Below, piece by piece: positions 30,418 to 42,467 of a stretch of DNA of 64,000 nt. This DNA comes from an uncultured delta proteobacterium (lineage in GTDB: Bacteria > Desulfobacterota > Syntrophobacteria > Syntrophobacterales > Syntrophobacteraceae): the NCBI GenBank assembly GCA_963808625.1, contig CAWEHK010000049.1:18875-82874 (forward strand), in the 5' to 3' direction. The notes under the pieces were generated by a model, which was given only the letters and a program-made list of their open reading frames with translations, did no database searches and was not told where the DNA came from. Every line of letters starts with the position of its first letter. Position 1 is the first letter of the stretch. Position numbers and translations under genes: made by a program.

Positions 30418-31242
30418 ATGGGAAGGCGACTCAGAAGTGGACTCAGGCTGGGAAGCATGCTCTCCGGGGTGCTGCTCCTGTGCCTGGTGTTGACCGGGTG
30501 CTCCCAGCAACCGTCTGCCCCGTCCGCGCTCCCGAGGCAAACTTCTGAAAAGGCCGTGGTTGCGGACCGGACGAACGTGCCGACCGAGCAGGCAGAAGGC
30601 GCTTCAGCGGGTCCCGAGTCGCCCTCCTCCGCCACGGGCAGCGGCGATAATCTTCCGGTAATCGAGAAAGTGTCGCTGGAACCTGGGTCGCCGGTTACCG
30701 GAGACCATCTGCAGGCAAATGTGCAGACCCGCGGTCCCGCCGGTGATCAGGCAAAGATCCTTTACCGGTGGAAGCTTGACGGCCGCCTGGTCCAGGAATC
30801 GGAAGACAGGGTTTTGCAGAGTCCCCTGCATCGCGGTGAGTTCGTGGAACTGGAGGTGGTCGCCGGCAACGGCGCTTCCCGCGGTAATCCGGTCACTATT
30901 TCGACCTTTGTAGGCAATGCCGCACCCACAGTCCGGTTTTCCGGCCAGAGTCTGGGCAGCGACGGCATCTATCAGGCGAACGTCGAGGCGGTGGACCCGG
31001 AAGGGGGGCCAATAAGGTTCCTGCTTAAGAGCGGTCCTCCCGGGATGACCATTGATGCCTCCACGGGTGCTGTGAGATGGCCGGTCAGAGCGGATCACAC
31101 TGGAGAAAGCTTTGGCGTCCTGGTAGCCGCCCAGGACAGCGAGGGAGCGGAAACGCAGCTCAGCTATCAAATCAAAACGCGCCTGGAAGCAGGTCAGGGG
31201 ACTGGCAACAATGCAAACGATGCGGCTCCTTCAAAGCAGTAG
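30418..31242 (+). CDS. Lipoprotein with Ig-like (He_PIG/cadherin-like) domains
   Basis: Lipobox LTGC; NAAP, AVDPEG, GPPGMTIDASTG.VRW, AQDSEG. Confidence 0.75.
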   Translation: MGRRLRSGLRLGSMLSGVLLLCLVLTGCSQQPSAPSALPRQTSEKAVVADRTNVPTEQAEGASAGPESPSSATGSGDNLPVIEKVSLEPGSPVTGDHLQANVQTRGPAGDQAKILYRWKLDGRLVQESEDRVLQSPLHRGEFVELEVVAGNGASRGNPVTISTFVGNAAPTVRFSGQSLGSDGIYQANVEAVDPEGGPIRFLLKSGPPGMTIDASTGAVRWPVRADHTGESFGVLVAAQDSEGAETQLSYQIKTRLEAGQGTGNNANDAAPSKQ

Positions 31243-31717
31243 AGGATTCACGCTGGTCGAGGCCATGGTCGTGGTCGGTATTGTCGGAATTCTGGCCTGC
31301 GTCAGCTATTCTGGCTTTTCAAGCCAGCTCCAGCGGGAAAAGGCAACGGCGGCGGCAAACCAGTTAATGGGCCACCTCAAAGAAGCGAAAATGCTCGCCA
31401 TGGAGAAGCATGAGAGTCATACCGTCGATGCCAACGAAACGATGTACATTGTCTACCGGGACGCGAGCAATCTCTACACACTCGATGATAGTGAATCGAT
31501 CATCCACAAGGTAGATCTCGCCAAGGATTTTCTTGGCGTCAAGCTAAGCGTAAGCGTAATCCCGTTTCGTTTTGACACCAAAGGAATGCCGAAAAAGCCT
31601 AGTCCTGGGGCGTTTTTGGGGACGACTTTCACCCTGACTATGGCCGGAAAGCGTCAGTGCACTTTGACCATAGCAAATTCGGGCAGGATCGATGTCACTT
31701 CATGCTCCGACCTTTAG
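31211..31717 (+). CDS. fimT: FimT/GspH-like minor pilin
   Basis: RG|FTLVEAMVVVGIVGIL; AKMLAM; FRFDTKG; C-terminal SGRI. Confidence 0.8.
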   Translation: MQTMRLLQSSRGFTLVEAMVVVGIVGILACVSYSGFSSQLQREKATAAANQLMGHLKEAKMLAMEKHESHTVDANETMYIVYRDASNLYTLDDSESIIHKVDLAKDFLGVKLSVSVIPFRFDTKGMPKKPSPGAFLGTTFTLTMAGKRQCTLTIANSGRIDVTSCSDL

Positions 31718-32123
31718 CCGTGCAGGCTTTACCCTTATCGAGGTGATGGTTGCGCTGGCCTTCATGGCCATTGCTTTCGTTGCGGTTTGGGGCGTTCATT
31801 ATTCCTCTCTCAAGGCGGATATCAGGACGGACCTTGAAACCGGAGCCGTGGCCGCAGCATACAGTCAACTCGATTTCTTGCGAATTTTTCCCTTTACCGA
31901 TGCCCTGTTGTCTGACGGCAACCATTCATCTAATGCGGCAGATCCTCCCCTGCCGGCAGCGTTCACCCGATCCTACTCGGTTGTGACCGACCCCAGTCTC
32001 CCCTGGAAAAAAACGGTCACCGTCGTCGTAAGGTGGACGGAAAGGACCGGCGGGTTTGGTGCGAGCAAGGTGTCGGTGCCGAAAAGTGTGCAGATGTCCT
32101 CGATGCTTGTGGACCTCAATTAA
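31692..32123 (+). CDS. pilV: PilV-like minor pilin
   Basis: AG|FTLIEVMVAL; FTRSYSV..KTVTVVVRW. Confidence 0.78.
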   Translation: MSLHAPTFSRAGFTLIEVMVALAFMAIAFVAVWGVHYSSLKADIRTDLETGAVAAAYSQLDFLRIFPFTDALLSDGNHSSNAADPPLPAAFTRSYSVVTDPSLPWKKTVTVVVRWTERTGGFGASKVSVPKSVQMSSMLVDLN

Positions 32124-32148
32124 GCTACTGGCAACCGTGGTGCAAGTC

Positions 32149-33108
32149 ATGACGCAGAAACAGGGATCAAAGGGAATGACTCTCGTTGAACTGATGGTGG
32201 CGATAGCGGTCACTGCCGTCGTCATGACCCTGAGTCTGTCGATTTTTTATGGCCAATTCAGAAGCTACAAGAGTGGCCAGGAGACCAAGGAAATCCAGGA
32301 AACCAGCAACGGGACCCTGGATTTCGTAAAGAGAGAACTGGCCCAGGCGGGTTGGTCGGTCAGGCCGGAGATGTCTTTTTTCATTCAAGATGGTGGAAGC
32401 GCTGGCACGGACCAGATTTACATCAATGACACAAGCCTCGTCGATCTGAACTCCTCGTTTGGCCGTTCCCTAATGACTCAAGCCAATGGCTGCGGCGGTT
32501 GTGCGGAGATTGCCGGGGGGAGTGGCACGGCAACCGTTACGGTTTCTTCACTTTACATCGACAATGATACAATTACAGATTTCAAAGCCAACGCTACCCA
32601 TTATGTCATAAGCGACCAGACAGGGGCGGGCAACAGGATTGCCAAGATCCAGACCATTACGGGGAATCAGCTTAATCTGGATCGAACCACTGCCGGCAGA
32701 TTCCTTGCGCCAGCGGTTTTCTACTATGTCGAGACCGGCCAGATTCTCAGACGAAGTGACCGATCTTCAAGCGGCGCCCAGCCTTTTGCGGAAAATGTTG
32801 CCGATTTGCAGGTGGCTTATCGGGACAGAAGCGGCAACTGGTATGGGGTGAGCGGTTGCGCTGGCGCGGGGGTGGGTGCGGGATTTTGCAGCATGAGTCC
32901 CTTTAATCCTGCCATGATCGGTTTGGTCCGGGTCACTCTCACCAGTCGGAGCACCAATCCCATCGGCATTATGAATAATTTGAAGTATTGCCGACCGGCG
33001 GTCGAAAACAGAGCGGCCGCCGCCCTTGGTTCTACCGAATGCGGGTATGTCTATCGAACCTACAGCGTCAGCATCCAGCCCAGGAATACCAGCAACGAAT
33101 TCCAATGA
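32149..33108 (+). CDS. pilW: PilW-like minor pilin
   Basis: KG|MTLVELMVAIA; RELAQAG; AENVADLQVAY; VRVTL; IQPRN. Confidence 0.82.
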   Translation: MTQKQGSKGMTLVELMVAIAVTAVVMTLSLSIFYGQFRSYKSGQETKEIQETSNGTLDFVKRELAQAGWSVRPEMSFFIQDGGSAGTDQIYINDTSLVDLNSSFGRSLMTQANGCGGCAEIAGGSGTATVTVSSLYIDNDTITDFKANATHYVISDQTGAGNRIAKIQTITGNQLNLDRTTAGRFLAPAVFYYVETGQILRRSDRSSSGAQPFAENVADLQVAYRDRSGNWYGVSGCAGAGVGAGFCSMSPFNPAMIGLVRVTLTSRSTNPIGIMNNLKYCRPAVENRAAAALGSTECGYVYRTYSVSIQPRNTSNEFQ

Positions 33109-33284
33109 CGTGCAGCGGTAAGAGCGTGAATCAAAAGAGCCTGCCCCCGCCGCCCTCCGTATGCTCCCCTGCCTAAAGCGTGTGGGGACAAGCCTTGGCG
33201 AGGATATGTAGGAACAGGAGGTGGCGGGATTTCCGCTCGAAGCCTGTGGGAATGACGGTTCTCGGACGTCACGGTGATCAGCGA

Positions 33285-33300
33285 GGGCATGATGGTTGCA
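33285..33300 (+). promoter_or_regulatory. Candidate sigma54 promoter upstream of pilX-pilY1
   Basis: GGGCATGATGGTTGCA matches GGCA..-N-TTGC -24/-12 spacing. Confidence 0.35.
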
Positions 33301-33582
33301 TAAAATATTTCCACCGGCGCCTTGCTTTTTGTACCAAGAAAGATGGGTTTCCAGGGATTTCGGGACGTTGTCTTAAGCGAACGCACTTTCTCAATAAGTG
33401 TGGGTGGTCGAGCGTTTTTGTAACCTCTGAATTCCCGCCAGAACCATGCGGGAATGACGGATCCCTTAACAGGTGCGCTATCGTCGTGCTCGCATCGCTT
33501 TTGGCGGGCATCCAGAGAGACGGAAGATTTGAGTCTCAATCCTTAACGGATATACAGCGAACCAGCAGCGAGGGGATGACAC

Positions 33583-34089
33583 ATGCCGCCGCGACTATTG
33601 CTCAGGGATGAGAAGGGCGTTGCCATGGTGCTCGCCGTGTCGATGATCGGATTGTTGGCCTTGTTCGGGGTCTGGATGCTGGTTGAGGGCCAGACTGCAT
33701 TTCGCGTCACGGCGTCAATGGAAAGGAGGGAATCGGCGTTCAATCTCGCCGAGGCGGCGCTCCGATTAGATTTTCGATGTCTTCTCGAGAACGCTCCTTC
33801 CCCATCCTATGCACTGTTGGCCAGCACCAATCCCCTCGATGTAACCCCTACCGGTATATCCTATATGGCGTCGGCACAGTGTCTCGGAAAAGGGACGATC
33901 ACCCCAACGATTAAATATCTGGCTTACAACACCGCACCGCCTCCGGGATGGATGTTGAACTGGCAGGGTTCTTCATCCTTCTACAGTCTTTACTACAGGT
34001 CGACGGGAGAAGGGAGAATTCCCCTCCCCTCCGGTAAAGGTGATGCCAGGACCGTGGTCTCCGCTTTGACCTCAAGACTCACACGATAA
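33583..34089 (+). CDS. pilX: PilX-like protein
   Basis: DEKG|VAMVLAVSMIGLL lacking E5; AFNLAEAA. Confidence 0.75.
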   Translation: MPPRLLLRDEKGVAMVLAVSMIGLLALFGVWMLVEGQTAFRVTASMERRESAFNLAEAALRLDFRCLLENAPSPSYALLASTNPLDVTPTGISYMASAQCLGKGTITPTIKYLAYNTAPPPGWMLNWQGSSSFYSLYYRSTGEGRIPLPSGKGDARTVVSALTSRLTR

Positions 34090-34121
34090 CTCCGAAGCGA
34101 GAGCCTGGTGAGGAGGAAACT

Positions 34122-34157
34122 AAATCCGACATCCCAAATCCGACATCCGACATCCGA
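34122..34157. repeat. Heptamer tandem repeat (CATCCGA)n
   Basis: AAATCCGACATCCCAAATCCGACATCCGACATCCGA. Confidence 0.7.
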
Positions 34158-34178
34158 TAAATTCGGAAGGAGAGCCTG

Positions 34179-37100
34179 GTGATGGGTAAGACACTGGTCG
34201 TTCTTGGTCTGCCGATTTTGCTCTTGTTGAGTGGGGCAACCGGCTTGTTTGCGTATGATGAGTGCGTGGCGCCGCCCTTTATTGCCGCCGATGCGCCACC
34301 GCTGGTCATGATGGTTCTGGAACGAGACCACAAGCTCTACTATGAAGCCTACAACGATGCCACGGACCTGGATGAAGACGGCAAACTGGATATCGGATAC
34401 AAGGACAGCATCAATTACTTCGGCTATTTCGATTCCGACAAGTGCTATACGTATGACAACACCGGCCAGGCCAAATTTGTTCCGAGCCGCTTTGCGCCAA
34501 ACGCCTACGGCGCTTCTCCCGACCATTACTGTGGCGGGGCCAATGAGTGGAGCGGCAATTTCCTCAACTGGCTTTCCATGGCCCGCATCGATGTGATCAA
34601 GAGAACGCTTTATGGCGGACATCGAAGCACGGACTCGGCCTCGGAAACGGTGCTGGAAGGGGCCTACATACCCCAGGACGCCCACAGCTGGGGCAAGGAA
34701 TATGCCGGCTCCGACACCCGCCAGCTCACCCCCTTCGACCCCCCGACCTCACCCACCTTGAGGCACCTCTTTTGTGTAACGAGTGATAGTGCCGGTGATG
34801 CCCACAAAATCAAGGTGGCGCTCAACGAAACGTATCGCAAATGGGATTGGGCTTCCTGTGAGAACCCCGTTTGAATGGGGCCCGGCTATAGCGGCAAGGC
34901 TGTCGCTTCACGGAACGATATCAGTACTTATTACGTTAAGAGTTAAGGCCTGCGCACGCTCTCCGGAGCTGGATACGACCTTCTGCAAACTCTACCCCGG
35001 CGGCGGCACAACCTACAAGCCCATCGGCCTTCTCCAGAAATATGCTGAAGGAAGCGGCTCCAAAGATTTGCTCGAAAAGCTGGTCCACCTGCAACACGGA
35101 CTCCGACTGCGCGGACGGGCCAGGGTCTTTGCGTCGAGAACTCCGGCATGTATCTGGGGCTGCTGACGGGCTCATACACCAATAATACCAAGGGGGGAGT
35201 GCTTCGCAAGAACATCTGGTCCATTCTTGATGAAGTCAATTATTCATCGGGTTCATTTCAGAGTTCGGAAAATGTTAAGGGAAACATCATTCTCTCCATG
35301 GATCGGATGAAGACCATCGGTTTCAGATATTCAGATCACAGCTACCAGGATTCCGTCGGAGGCACCTGCGGCTGGATTACCAGCCATGCGTCTGAACAAT
35401 GGCGAGTGCCGGATGTGGGGCAATCCAATCGGGGAGATGATGTATGAGGCGCTGAGGTATCTTGCGGGAAAAGCTTCGCCGACCAGCACCTTCACTTACG
35501 CGGATATCAGCAGACTCGACGGTGAACCTTACGAAACCCGCATGGGGAATCAACAAGGGCAGCAGCACTTATCAACCTTATGACATCTTCCCCTCGTGCG
35601 CCCGGCCCTTCCTGCTCGTGATCAGTGACGTCAAGGTCAACTATGATTCGGATCAGCTCCCCGGCAGCTCGTTTGCCACTTTCACGGGCGATCTGCCAAA
35701 CCTCAATGTCACCACCCTGGCAAATACCATTGGGACCGAAGAAGCCGTCGCAGGGTATAAGTTCATCGGGCAGAACGGCACAACCTATGATTTTACGTGT
35801 ACCGCGAAAGAACATTGCCAATCTCGGTAACATCAGGGGATTATGCCCGGAAGAACCGACCAAGCAGGGAAGCTTCTATTCGGCTGCGGTGGCTTATTAT
35901 GGCAAGACCATGTTTAAGGACAACACCGGCAAGCCGGACGTGACGACCATGGCTGTCGCCCTTGCCTCTCCCGTTCCCGATATCAACATAAAAGTGGGGA
36001 GCAGCAATGTGCGGATTGTTCCCGTGGGAAAGTCTGTCAGCGGCTGCTATAGTGTTGAATCCAACTGCTTCGATCAGTGCTCCGGCTCATATCGCGATCT
36101 CAGCGGACTTCATTTGGTCAATTGCACTTCGAGCGCCTACTGTCCGTCCAATCAAATCGTTGATTTCTATGCGGAAGATGTCCAATATGATGATGCAAAT
36201 AATCTCGTTTATGCCCGCTTTCGGATCAACTTCGAGGACGTGGAACAGGGTGCGGACCATGACATGGATTCCATCGTCCAGTACACCATTGTGCCGAGCG
36301 GCACCGATCAGGTAACGGTGAGCATCGATGCTTCCGTCTATGGCGTAGGATGCATCGATCAGGTATTGGGTCTTGTCATCTCGGGGACCACTGAGGATGG
36401 AGCCTATTTTGTCGTGAAAGACAAGGATGTGACTGGTCCTGATTCGGACACCCCAGCGGCCGTTGCGGGCCTCCCGTTTTCATGGAACAAGACCTTCACG
36501 GTCACTGGAAGCACTGCCGGAGTGCTTCCAGATCCTCTCTGGTATGCGGCCAAGTGGGGTGGATTTACCGACACGGACGGCAGCGGGAAGCCGGATCGCC
36601 CCAGAAAGTGGGACCGGGACAATAACGGCGTACCCGATAACTACTTCTACGTGGCCAATCCCCTGCAGTTGTATGCCCAAATGGAGCAGGCTTTCGTTGC
36701 CATTCTCAGCCGGGGAGGGAGCGCGGGCGCGGTGGCCACGGTCACCCAGCAGGTGCAGGGTCAGGACATGCTGGTGAGGGGCGCCTTCACGTCTTATGAA
36801 GATGATCCTCAGACCTTTGTGTGGAAGGGACACCTGGAAACCTACTGGCCGTATGAAGGGTGTGTCGACTTCAGGACTGAGGCTGATTGTAAGAAATACG
36901 TCGGTTGCACATGGCAGGATTCCACCTGTTCGGGGTTGATCTATGCTTTCCAAAGGCCGGAGCACCTCGATAAATTCTGTTACCAGCATCACGATCACTG
37001 CTGGGAAGCGGAAGAACACCTGCCCGATCCGGCCAGCCGCAACATTTTTACCTGGCATCAATGGTCAGAAAGACAACATTTAACGCCACCAACCTATGTG

Positions 37101-39344
37101 CAACCGATCTGCTCGCTTTGGATGGCGATGCGCTTTACGACAACACGAGGGACAACAACTGTACTGCCATGGTTGACTGGATTCGCGGCCAGGATGGTTG
37201 GCTCAAGGCGCGGGACCGCGATGGGTGGACCCTCGGCGATATCGTCTACTCCACGCCGGTCGTGATCGAACAACCGTCGCTGGCGGCTGTGCCGGTCGGG
37301 GCAGCGGTTCGTGTGGCACTTCCTGTACTGCTGGCTGCGACTGTAGTGACTCGAACAATTACCTGCCGTAAGCAATGCTTTCTCTGTTACCGCGAATGTC
37401 AGAAGACCCGCAAGAAGGTGATCGCGGTGGGCGGTAACGACGGGATGGTGCATGCCTTTGTTTCGAGCAAGTGGGACAATGTCAACCAAATCTGGCTCAC
37501 TCACTCTTCCGATCAGAATGATAGCCTCTCCGATCCCGACATCGGGAAGGAACTCTGGGCGTTCGTGCCCAGCAACATTTTGACAAAACTCAAGGAATTG
37601 GCCCGTCCCAGCTACGGTACGGAAGGAGGCTGTGTGCATCGGTTCACCGTCGACCTCTCGCCGCAGGCCTGGGAGGTTTATCATTGACCCGGACGGCGCC
37701 GGCAGTGAACCCAGACAGTGGCGCACGGTCCTGATTGGCGGTGAGCGGGGGGGAGGGGATACCTTCTTTGCTCTCGATGTGACGGACGTGGACAATCCGA
37801 CAAGTCCTCTGGGAATTTCCCGCTTTCAGGAACATGGTCCAGGTGGCGGGCAGACTCATCCCCGTACACGGTGGAAACCCCTTACCGGGAGAAGACCGTC
37901 TATGATAAAGTCAAAGCCCTGCCGGCTTCCTGGGCCGTTCCTTATGTCGGGAAACTCAAGCTGCCGACGGGAGTCTCCTTCCTTGCGGCTCCGCCGGTTT
38001 CGCCCCTGGCTGCCGGAAACCCGACGCTTTCTCCGAGTGCTCTTGACAGTCCGGCCTCAGCGGTTGGGTAATGCCGTCATACCCTACACGCTACCCGTGG
38101 CCATCATTCCCACAGCCCCCAGGATTTGTTACGCTGACTTGCCGTCGACGTTGACGAACGCCCAGAAGCTTGCCACCCTCCAGCCAAACCTGCTGATGAT
38201 TGATGTCGAGAAGGGAATCAATATCTTCCAGTATCTCTGGCCGCTGGTTCTTGCGACTCAGGCAACAACTCAGTGGCCGGATAAAATGAACAGCACCAAG
38301 CACATCCCCTATGCTCCAGGCAGCGCCGTCGTTTTGGACCTCTGGAAGGCCAATGGCAAAGTCGGCATGGATGGCTATCTGGACCATATTTACTTTGGTG
38401 ATCTCAACGGCAAATTCTATGGGCTCAAATTCAACATGGAGGATATCAACAAAGGAATGGAGATTGATTTCTGGCAGACAAAGAGCATCCCTTCAGATGA
38501 TCTTTCGACCGACATTTTGCGATCCGACCATGAACCCATCTCCATTGTGCCTGCCGCCGCCCTTGACCGGGACAATCGCCTGCACCTCTATTTCGGCACC
38601 GGAAAGTACGATACGATTAAAGGTGCCAACAACGACAAGACGGAAACCTCCACCATGTCTCTTTATATGGTGGAGGATGAACAGCACGAGGCCGACGATC
38701 GATGCCACGGCGACGGTCTCGGGGACAGGCCCAATCAGCGTCTCCAGTGCCGCCGCTGGATTCACATGGAACGGTTTTGGCGTGGATGTCAACACCTCCC
38801 AATGCAGCTACGTTGCGGGCTTCAACTCAACCTGCACCTGGGTCAAAACGGATGGCACCGAGGATTGCTGCGAAAGCTCAAACCCCTCCTGTACGACTCC
38901 CTGCTGGGACTGCATCTACAGCCTCAATGCCGATGGCGAGCGGGTTGTTGACTCTGCCCTCGTTGCCGGCGGACTGGTCTTTTTCACCACCTTTGTGCCA
39001 AGCAACGATCCCTGCACGGCAGGGGGATACGCATACCTTTATGTGCTTGAATATCTCTGCCGGGATCTTGGCAACAAGGATCCCCTTGCGCAATCGGGAT
39101 TCAGCAAGCAGACAAGTTTCGACTTTCAGACCCTCAGTGCCAAAGCAATATGGGATGGTGCAGAGCGGCACCAAGAACCGTCGGTGTGGTTGCAAAGCTT
39201 GGCGTGGGTATGCCGAGCCGGCCCGTATTGGATTCTTCAAGCCTCTATATATTTGTGCAGACAAGTGTCGCAGAGATTCACAGGATCAAGGTCGATCTGC
39301 TTGAGAAACCTGTTTACATGATGGGATGGAAAGAAGACGAGTAA
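34179..39344 (+). CDS. pilY1: PilY1/PilC type IV pilus tip adhesin (~1,700 aa), many frameshifts
   Basis: Signal peptide; DHKLYYEAYND, WSGNFLNW, NPIGEMMYEALRY, EDVEQGADHDMD, PLWYAAKWGGF, PDNYF, LGDIVYSTP, GGNDGMVHAF, ELWAFVP, YFGDLNG, YFGTG, GERVV, FTTFVP, final WKE. Confidence 0.88.
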
Positions 39345-39397
39345 ACCAGGCAAAAGCCCCGCCGCACTGATTTTGGGTGATCTCTTTCCGAACCCCA

Positions 39398-39730
39398 TCA
39401 AAGGGCCGTGAGAGATTCTTCCAGGGTGGCGTGGATGGGAAAGAACGAGACGAAACCGGAAAGTTCAAAGATCTCCCTGATGTAGTCCTTGAGGGAACAG
39501 AAAGACAGACGACCATTGATCCGCTTCAGTTCCTTTGCGGCTTTTAAAAGGACGCGGAGGCCGGCGCTCGAGATATAATCGAGTTCCTTGAAATCGAGCA
39601 CCAGTCGGGTTTCCCCTGTCTGGATCAGGCCCAGCAGCTTCTTTTCGAAATCATCCGAGGTATTGGAATCCAGGCGGCCTTTGAGGCCGAGAATGATAAT
39701 GCCATCCTGTTGGGTTTGTGTGACCTCCAT
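39398..39730 (-). CDS. STAS-domain anti-sigma factor antagonist
   Basis: GRLD..LDYISSAGLRVLL..IFELSG with conserved phospho-Ser. Confidence 0.9.
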   Translation of the reverse strand: MEVTQTQQDGIIILGLKGRLDSNTSDDFEKKLLGLIQTGETRLVLDFKELDYISSAGLRVLLKAAKELKRINGRLSFCSLKDYIREIFELSGFVSFFPIHATLEESLTAL

Positions 39731-39956
39731 CAACTTCTTCTCCTCCAGCCAAATGCCCTAAACCTTTAGATCATAAAGGTCTTCACTCAGACGAGCAGCA
39801 AGCCCGACACAGCATATAAAAAGCTTGTTCATTCGTCAATAAACATATAAAAAAGTACGAAAAAGTTCACAGCGACCCGCAGGTTATGGAAGGCGGCAAA
39901 GGATCGCTGGTCCCAGGCAGGCCCCTTCGCAACGTGGAATCAGAGTGAGGTTTCAG

Positions 39957-42467
39957 ATGATAACCAAACGTCCCCTTATCTACTGGGTTAAGGCCAGCAG
40001 TATCAAATTGCAGGTGCTCCTCCTCGTCGTGATTGCCGTGAATATTGCCGCAAGAGTATTTCCCCTGCAGATGCAAAGAAAAATTGTCAACGAAGCCATC
40101 GGTCTCAAGAAACTCAACCTGTTGTTTCTATATTGCGGCCTCTATCTCGCAGCGGTGCTTCTCGCCAGCGCCCTCAAGTTTGTCATCAATGCGATCCAGA
40201 CTTATCTCGGGCAAGAGACTCTTGCGCGATTACGAAAAGAGCTTTACGCTCATATCCTCACCCTGCCCCTGAGCTTCTTTCGCAAAGCCTCTTCGGGCAT
40301 GGTCGTTTCGTCTCTGGTCACCGAGGTCGTCTCTGCGGGCGAACTGGTGGGGCAGGCAATTGCCGTGCCGGTCAACAACATCCTGACGCTGCTCGCTTTT
40401 GCCGGGTACATGTTCTATTTGAACCCCCTCCTGGCGGCCATTAGCCTCGGGATCTATCCCATCGTCATCATGGTGGTGCCAAGGCTTCAAAAGCGCTCCA
40501 ATCGCGCCAACAAGATGCGCGTGGATGTGACGCGCGACCTGAGCAGCAAGATCAGCGAGACCATTTCAGGCATCCATGAGGTGCAGGGAAATGCCAGTTA
40601 CCGCATCGAAAACCGAAAATACGGGGGGTTTGTCGACCGCCTGTTCGAGATCCGCATGGTCTGGAACCTCTACAAGCAAGGGATCAAGGTGGTGAATAAC
40701 CTCTTTCAAAATCTTGGCCCCTTCATCCTCTTCATTGTCGGCGGTTATCTTGCCATCAACGGCCGTTTCGATCTGGGGGCTCTGGTTGCGTTCCTTTCCG
40801 CCTATGAGAAGCTTTACGATCCTTGGAAAGAGTTGATGGACTTTTATCAGGTCTATCAGGATGCCACGACGGGATACGGGCGGCTCATGGAGTACTTCGA
40901 TGTCGAACCCGAGCATGCCATCGAGCCGCCGCCGGATCGCGAACCTTATCAATTTCAAGGGCGGATCCACGCCCAGGACCTCTCGTTCAGCGTCGCCGGC
41001 GGGATTCAGTTGCTCAAACAGGTCAACCTCGACTTGAAACCCGGAGAGCAACTGGCGTTGGTGGGGTTTTCCGGAAGTGGCAAGAGCACCCTTGCCCAAT
41101 GCATCTCCCAACTTTACAGCTACACCGGCGGCAGTGTGCTGATCGATGGGATGGAGGTAGCGGAGCTGACAAAAAGGGACCTGGCCGAGAACATGGGGAT
41201 CGTGGCCCAGTCTCCCTATATTTTTGATGGCACCATCAAGGAAAACCTCTGCTATTCCTGTGAGGCCCTGCTGGAGGGTGAGGAGGCCGAGAAGAAGCAT
41301 AGACTGCCCACGCTCGATGAGATGATCGAGGCGATCCAGCAGGTGGGACTTTTTGTTGACGTCCTGCGGTTCGGGCTGAACACGGTGCTGGCGGTAAACC
41401 AGGAAGATGAACTGGTGACGAAAATCATCCGCGTCCGGGAAAACTTTCAGACTCACTTCGGGGAGGAACTTGCCGACTATGTCGAATTTTTCGACGAACA
41501 GCGCTATCTGGAGTTTTCCACGGTGGCCGCAAACCTTACTTTCGGCAATCCAAATCATGAGGAATTCACCCAGGAACGACTCGCTGAGAGTCCGTATTTC
41601 CTGCAGTTTCTGGATGAGGCGCAGCTCAGAAGGCCCCTGATCAATCTGGGCCGCGAGTTAGCCGGCCAGTTCCTGGACATTCTGGGAGACCTGCCGCCGG
41701 ATGAGGTCTTCTTCAAGGAAAGCCCCTTCTCTCCCCATGAACTCGATGACTACAAAGCGCTCATCCGTCGGATCGAGCACTCGCGGCTTCACGAACTGGC
41801 TCTTGAAGACGAGCGCCTGTTGCTTCGCCTGGCGCTCCGGTTCGTTCCGGGAACTCACAAAATGGCCACCCTCTCGGGGGACCTGCGCCAGCTGGTCCTC
41901 GAAGGTCGCTTCCTTTTTATGGAAAAAATCCAGCAGGACCACCCCGGCGCCTTAAGCTCTTACCGCATGCCGGAATACATTCACTCTCAGACCATCCTGG
42001 ACAACATTCTTTTCGGGAAGTCCACCAGCGACCATCCCAACGCCCAGGAACGCATCAGCCAGAGCATCATCCATCTCCTCATCGAAGAAGACCTGCTGGA
42101 GCGGATTGTCGAAATCGGCATGGACTTCCGGGTCGGGACGAAAGGCGACCGGCTCTCGGGCGGGCAGCGCCAGAAGCTTGCCATTGCGCGGGTCTTTCTC
42201 AAGAACCCGCCTATTCTGATCATGGATGAAGCCACCTCCGCCCTGGATAATGCCTCCCAGAAGCGCATCCAGACGTTGCTCGAAACCAAATGGAAAGGCC
42301 GGAGCACACTCATTTCGGTGGTGCACCGTCTCGATACCATCAAGGGCTATGATAAGGTCGCCGTGATGAAAGCCGGCAAAATTCTGGAAATGGGCTCTTA
42401 CCAGGAACTATTAGCTGAGAAGGGGGTGCTCTATGAACTTGTCCATGGGGCCAAAGCAGCCGCTTAG
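39957..42467 (+). CDS. ABC exporter (TMD+NBD) with ~270-aa insertion in the NBD
   Basis: TM region; Walker A GFSGSGKS; Q-loop VAQSPYIF; long insert; LSGGQRQ, IMDEATSALD, VVHRL. Confidence 0.88.
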   Translation: MITKRPLIYWVKASSIKLQVLLLVVIAVNIAARVFPLQMQRKIVNEAIGLKKLNLLFLYCGLYLAAVLLASALKFVINAIQTYLGQETLARLRKELYAHILTLPLSFFRKASSGMVVSSLVTEVVSAGELVGQAIAVPVNNILTLLAFAGYMFYLNPLLAAISLGIYPIVIMVVPRLQKRSNRANKMRVDVTRDLSSKISETISGIHEVQGNASYRIENRKYGGFVDRLFEIRMVWNLYKQGIKVVNNLFQNLGPFILFIVGGYLAINGRFDLGALVAFLSAYEKLYDPWKELMDFYQVYQDATTGYGRLMEYFDVEPEHAIEPPPDREPYQFQGRIHAQDLSFSVAGGIQLLKQVNLDLKPGEQLALVGFSGSGKSTLAQCISQLYSYTGGSVLIDGMEVAELTKRDLAENMGIVAQSPYIFDGTIKENLCYSCEALLEGEEAEKKHRLPTLDEMIEAIQQVGLFVDVLRFGLNTVLAVNQEDELVTKIIRVRENFQTHFGEELADYVEFFDEQRYLEFSTVAANLTFGNPNHEEFTQERLAESPYFLQFLDEAQLRRPLINLGRELAGQFLDILGDLPPDEVFFKESPFSPHELDDYKALIRRIEHSRLHELALEDERLLLRLALRFVPGTHKMATLSGDLRQLVLEGRFLFMEKIQQDHPGALSSYRMPEYIHSQTILDNILFGKSTSDHPNAQERISQSIIHLLIEEDLLERIVEIGMDFRVGTKGDRLSGGQRQKLAIARVFLKNPPILIMDEATSALDNASQKRIQTLLETKWKGRSTLISVVHRLDTIKGYDKVAVMKAGKILEMGSYQELLAEKGVLYELVHGAKAAA

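Noticed and set aside
34872..34874. In-frame TGA in pilY1 (ENPV*MG) as possible selenocysteine
   Set aside because: The gene has many nearby indels and no convincing SECIS hairpin was identified; sequencing error is more parsimonious.
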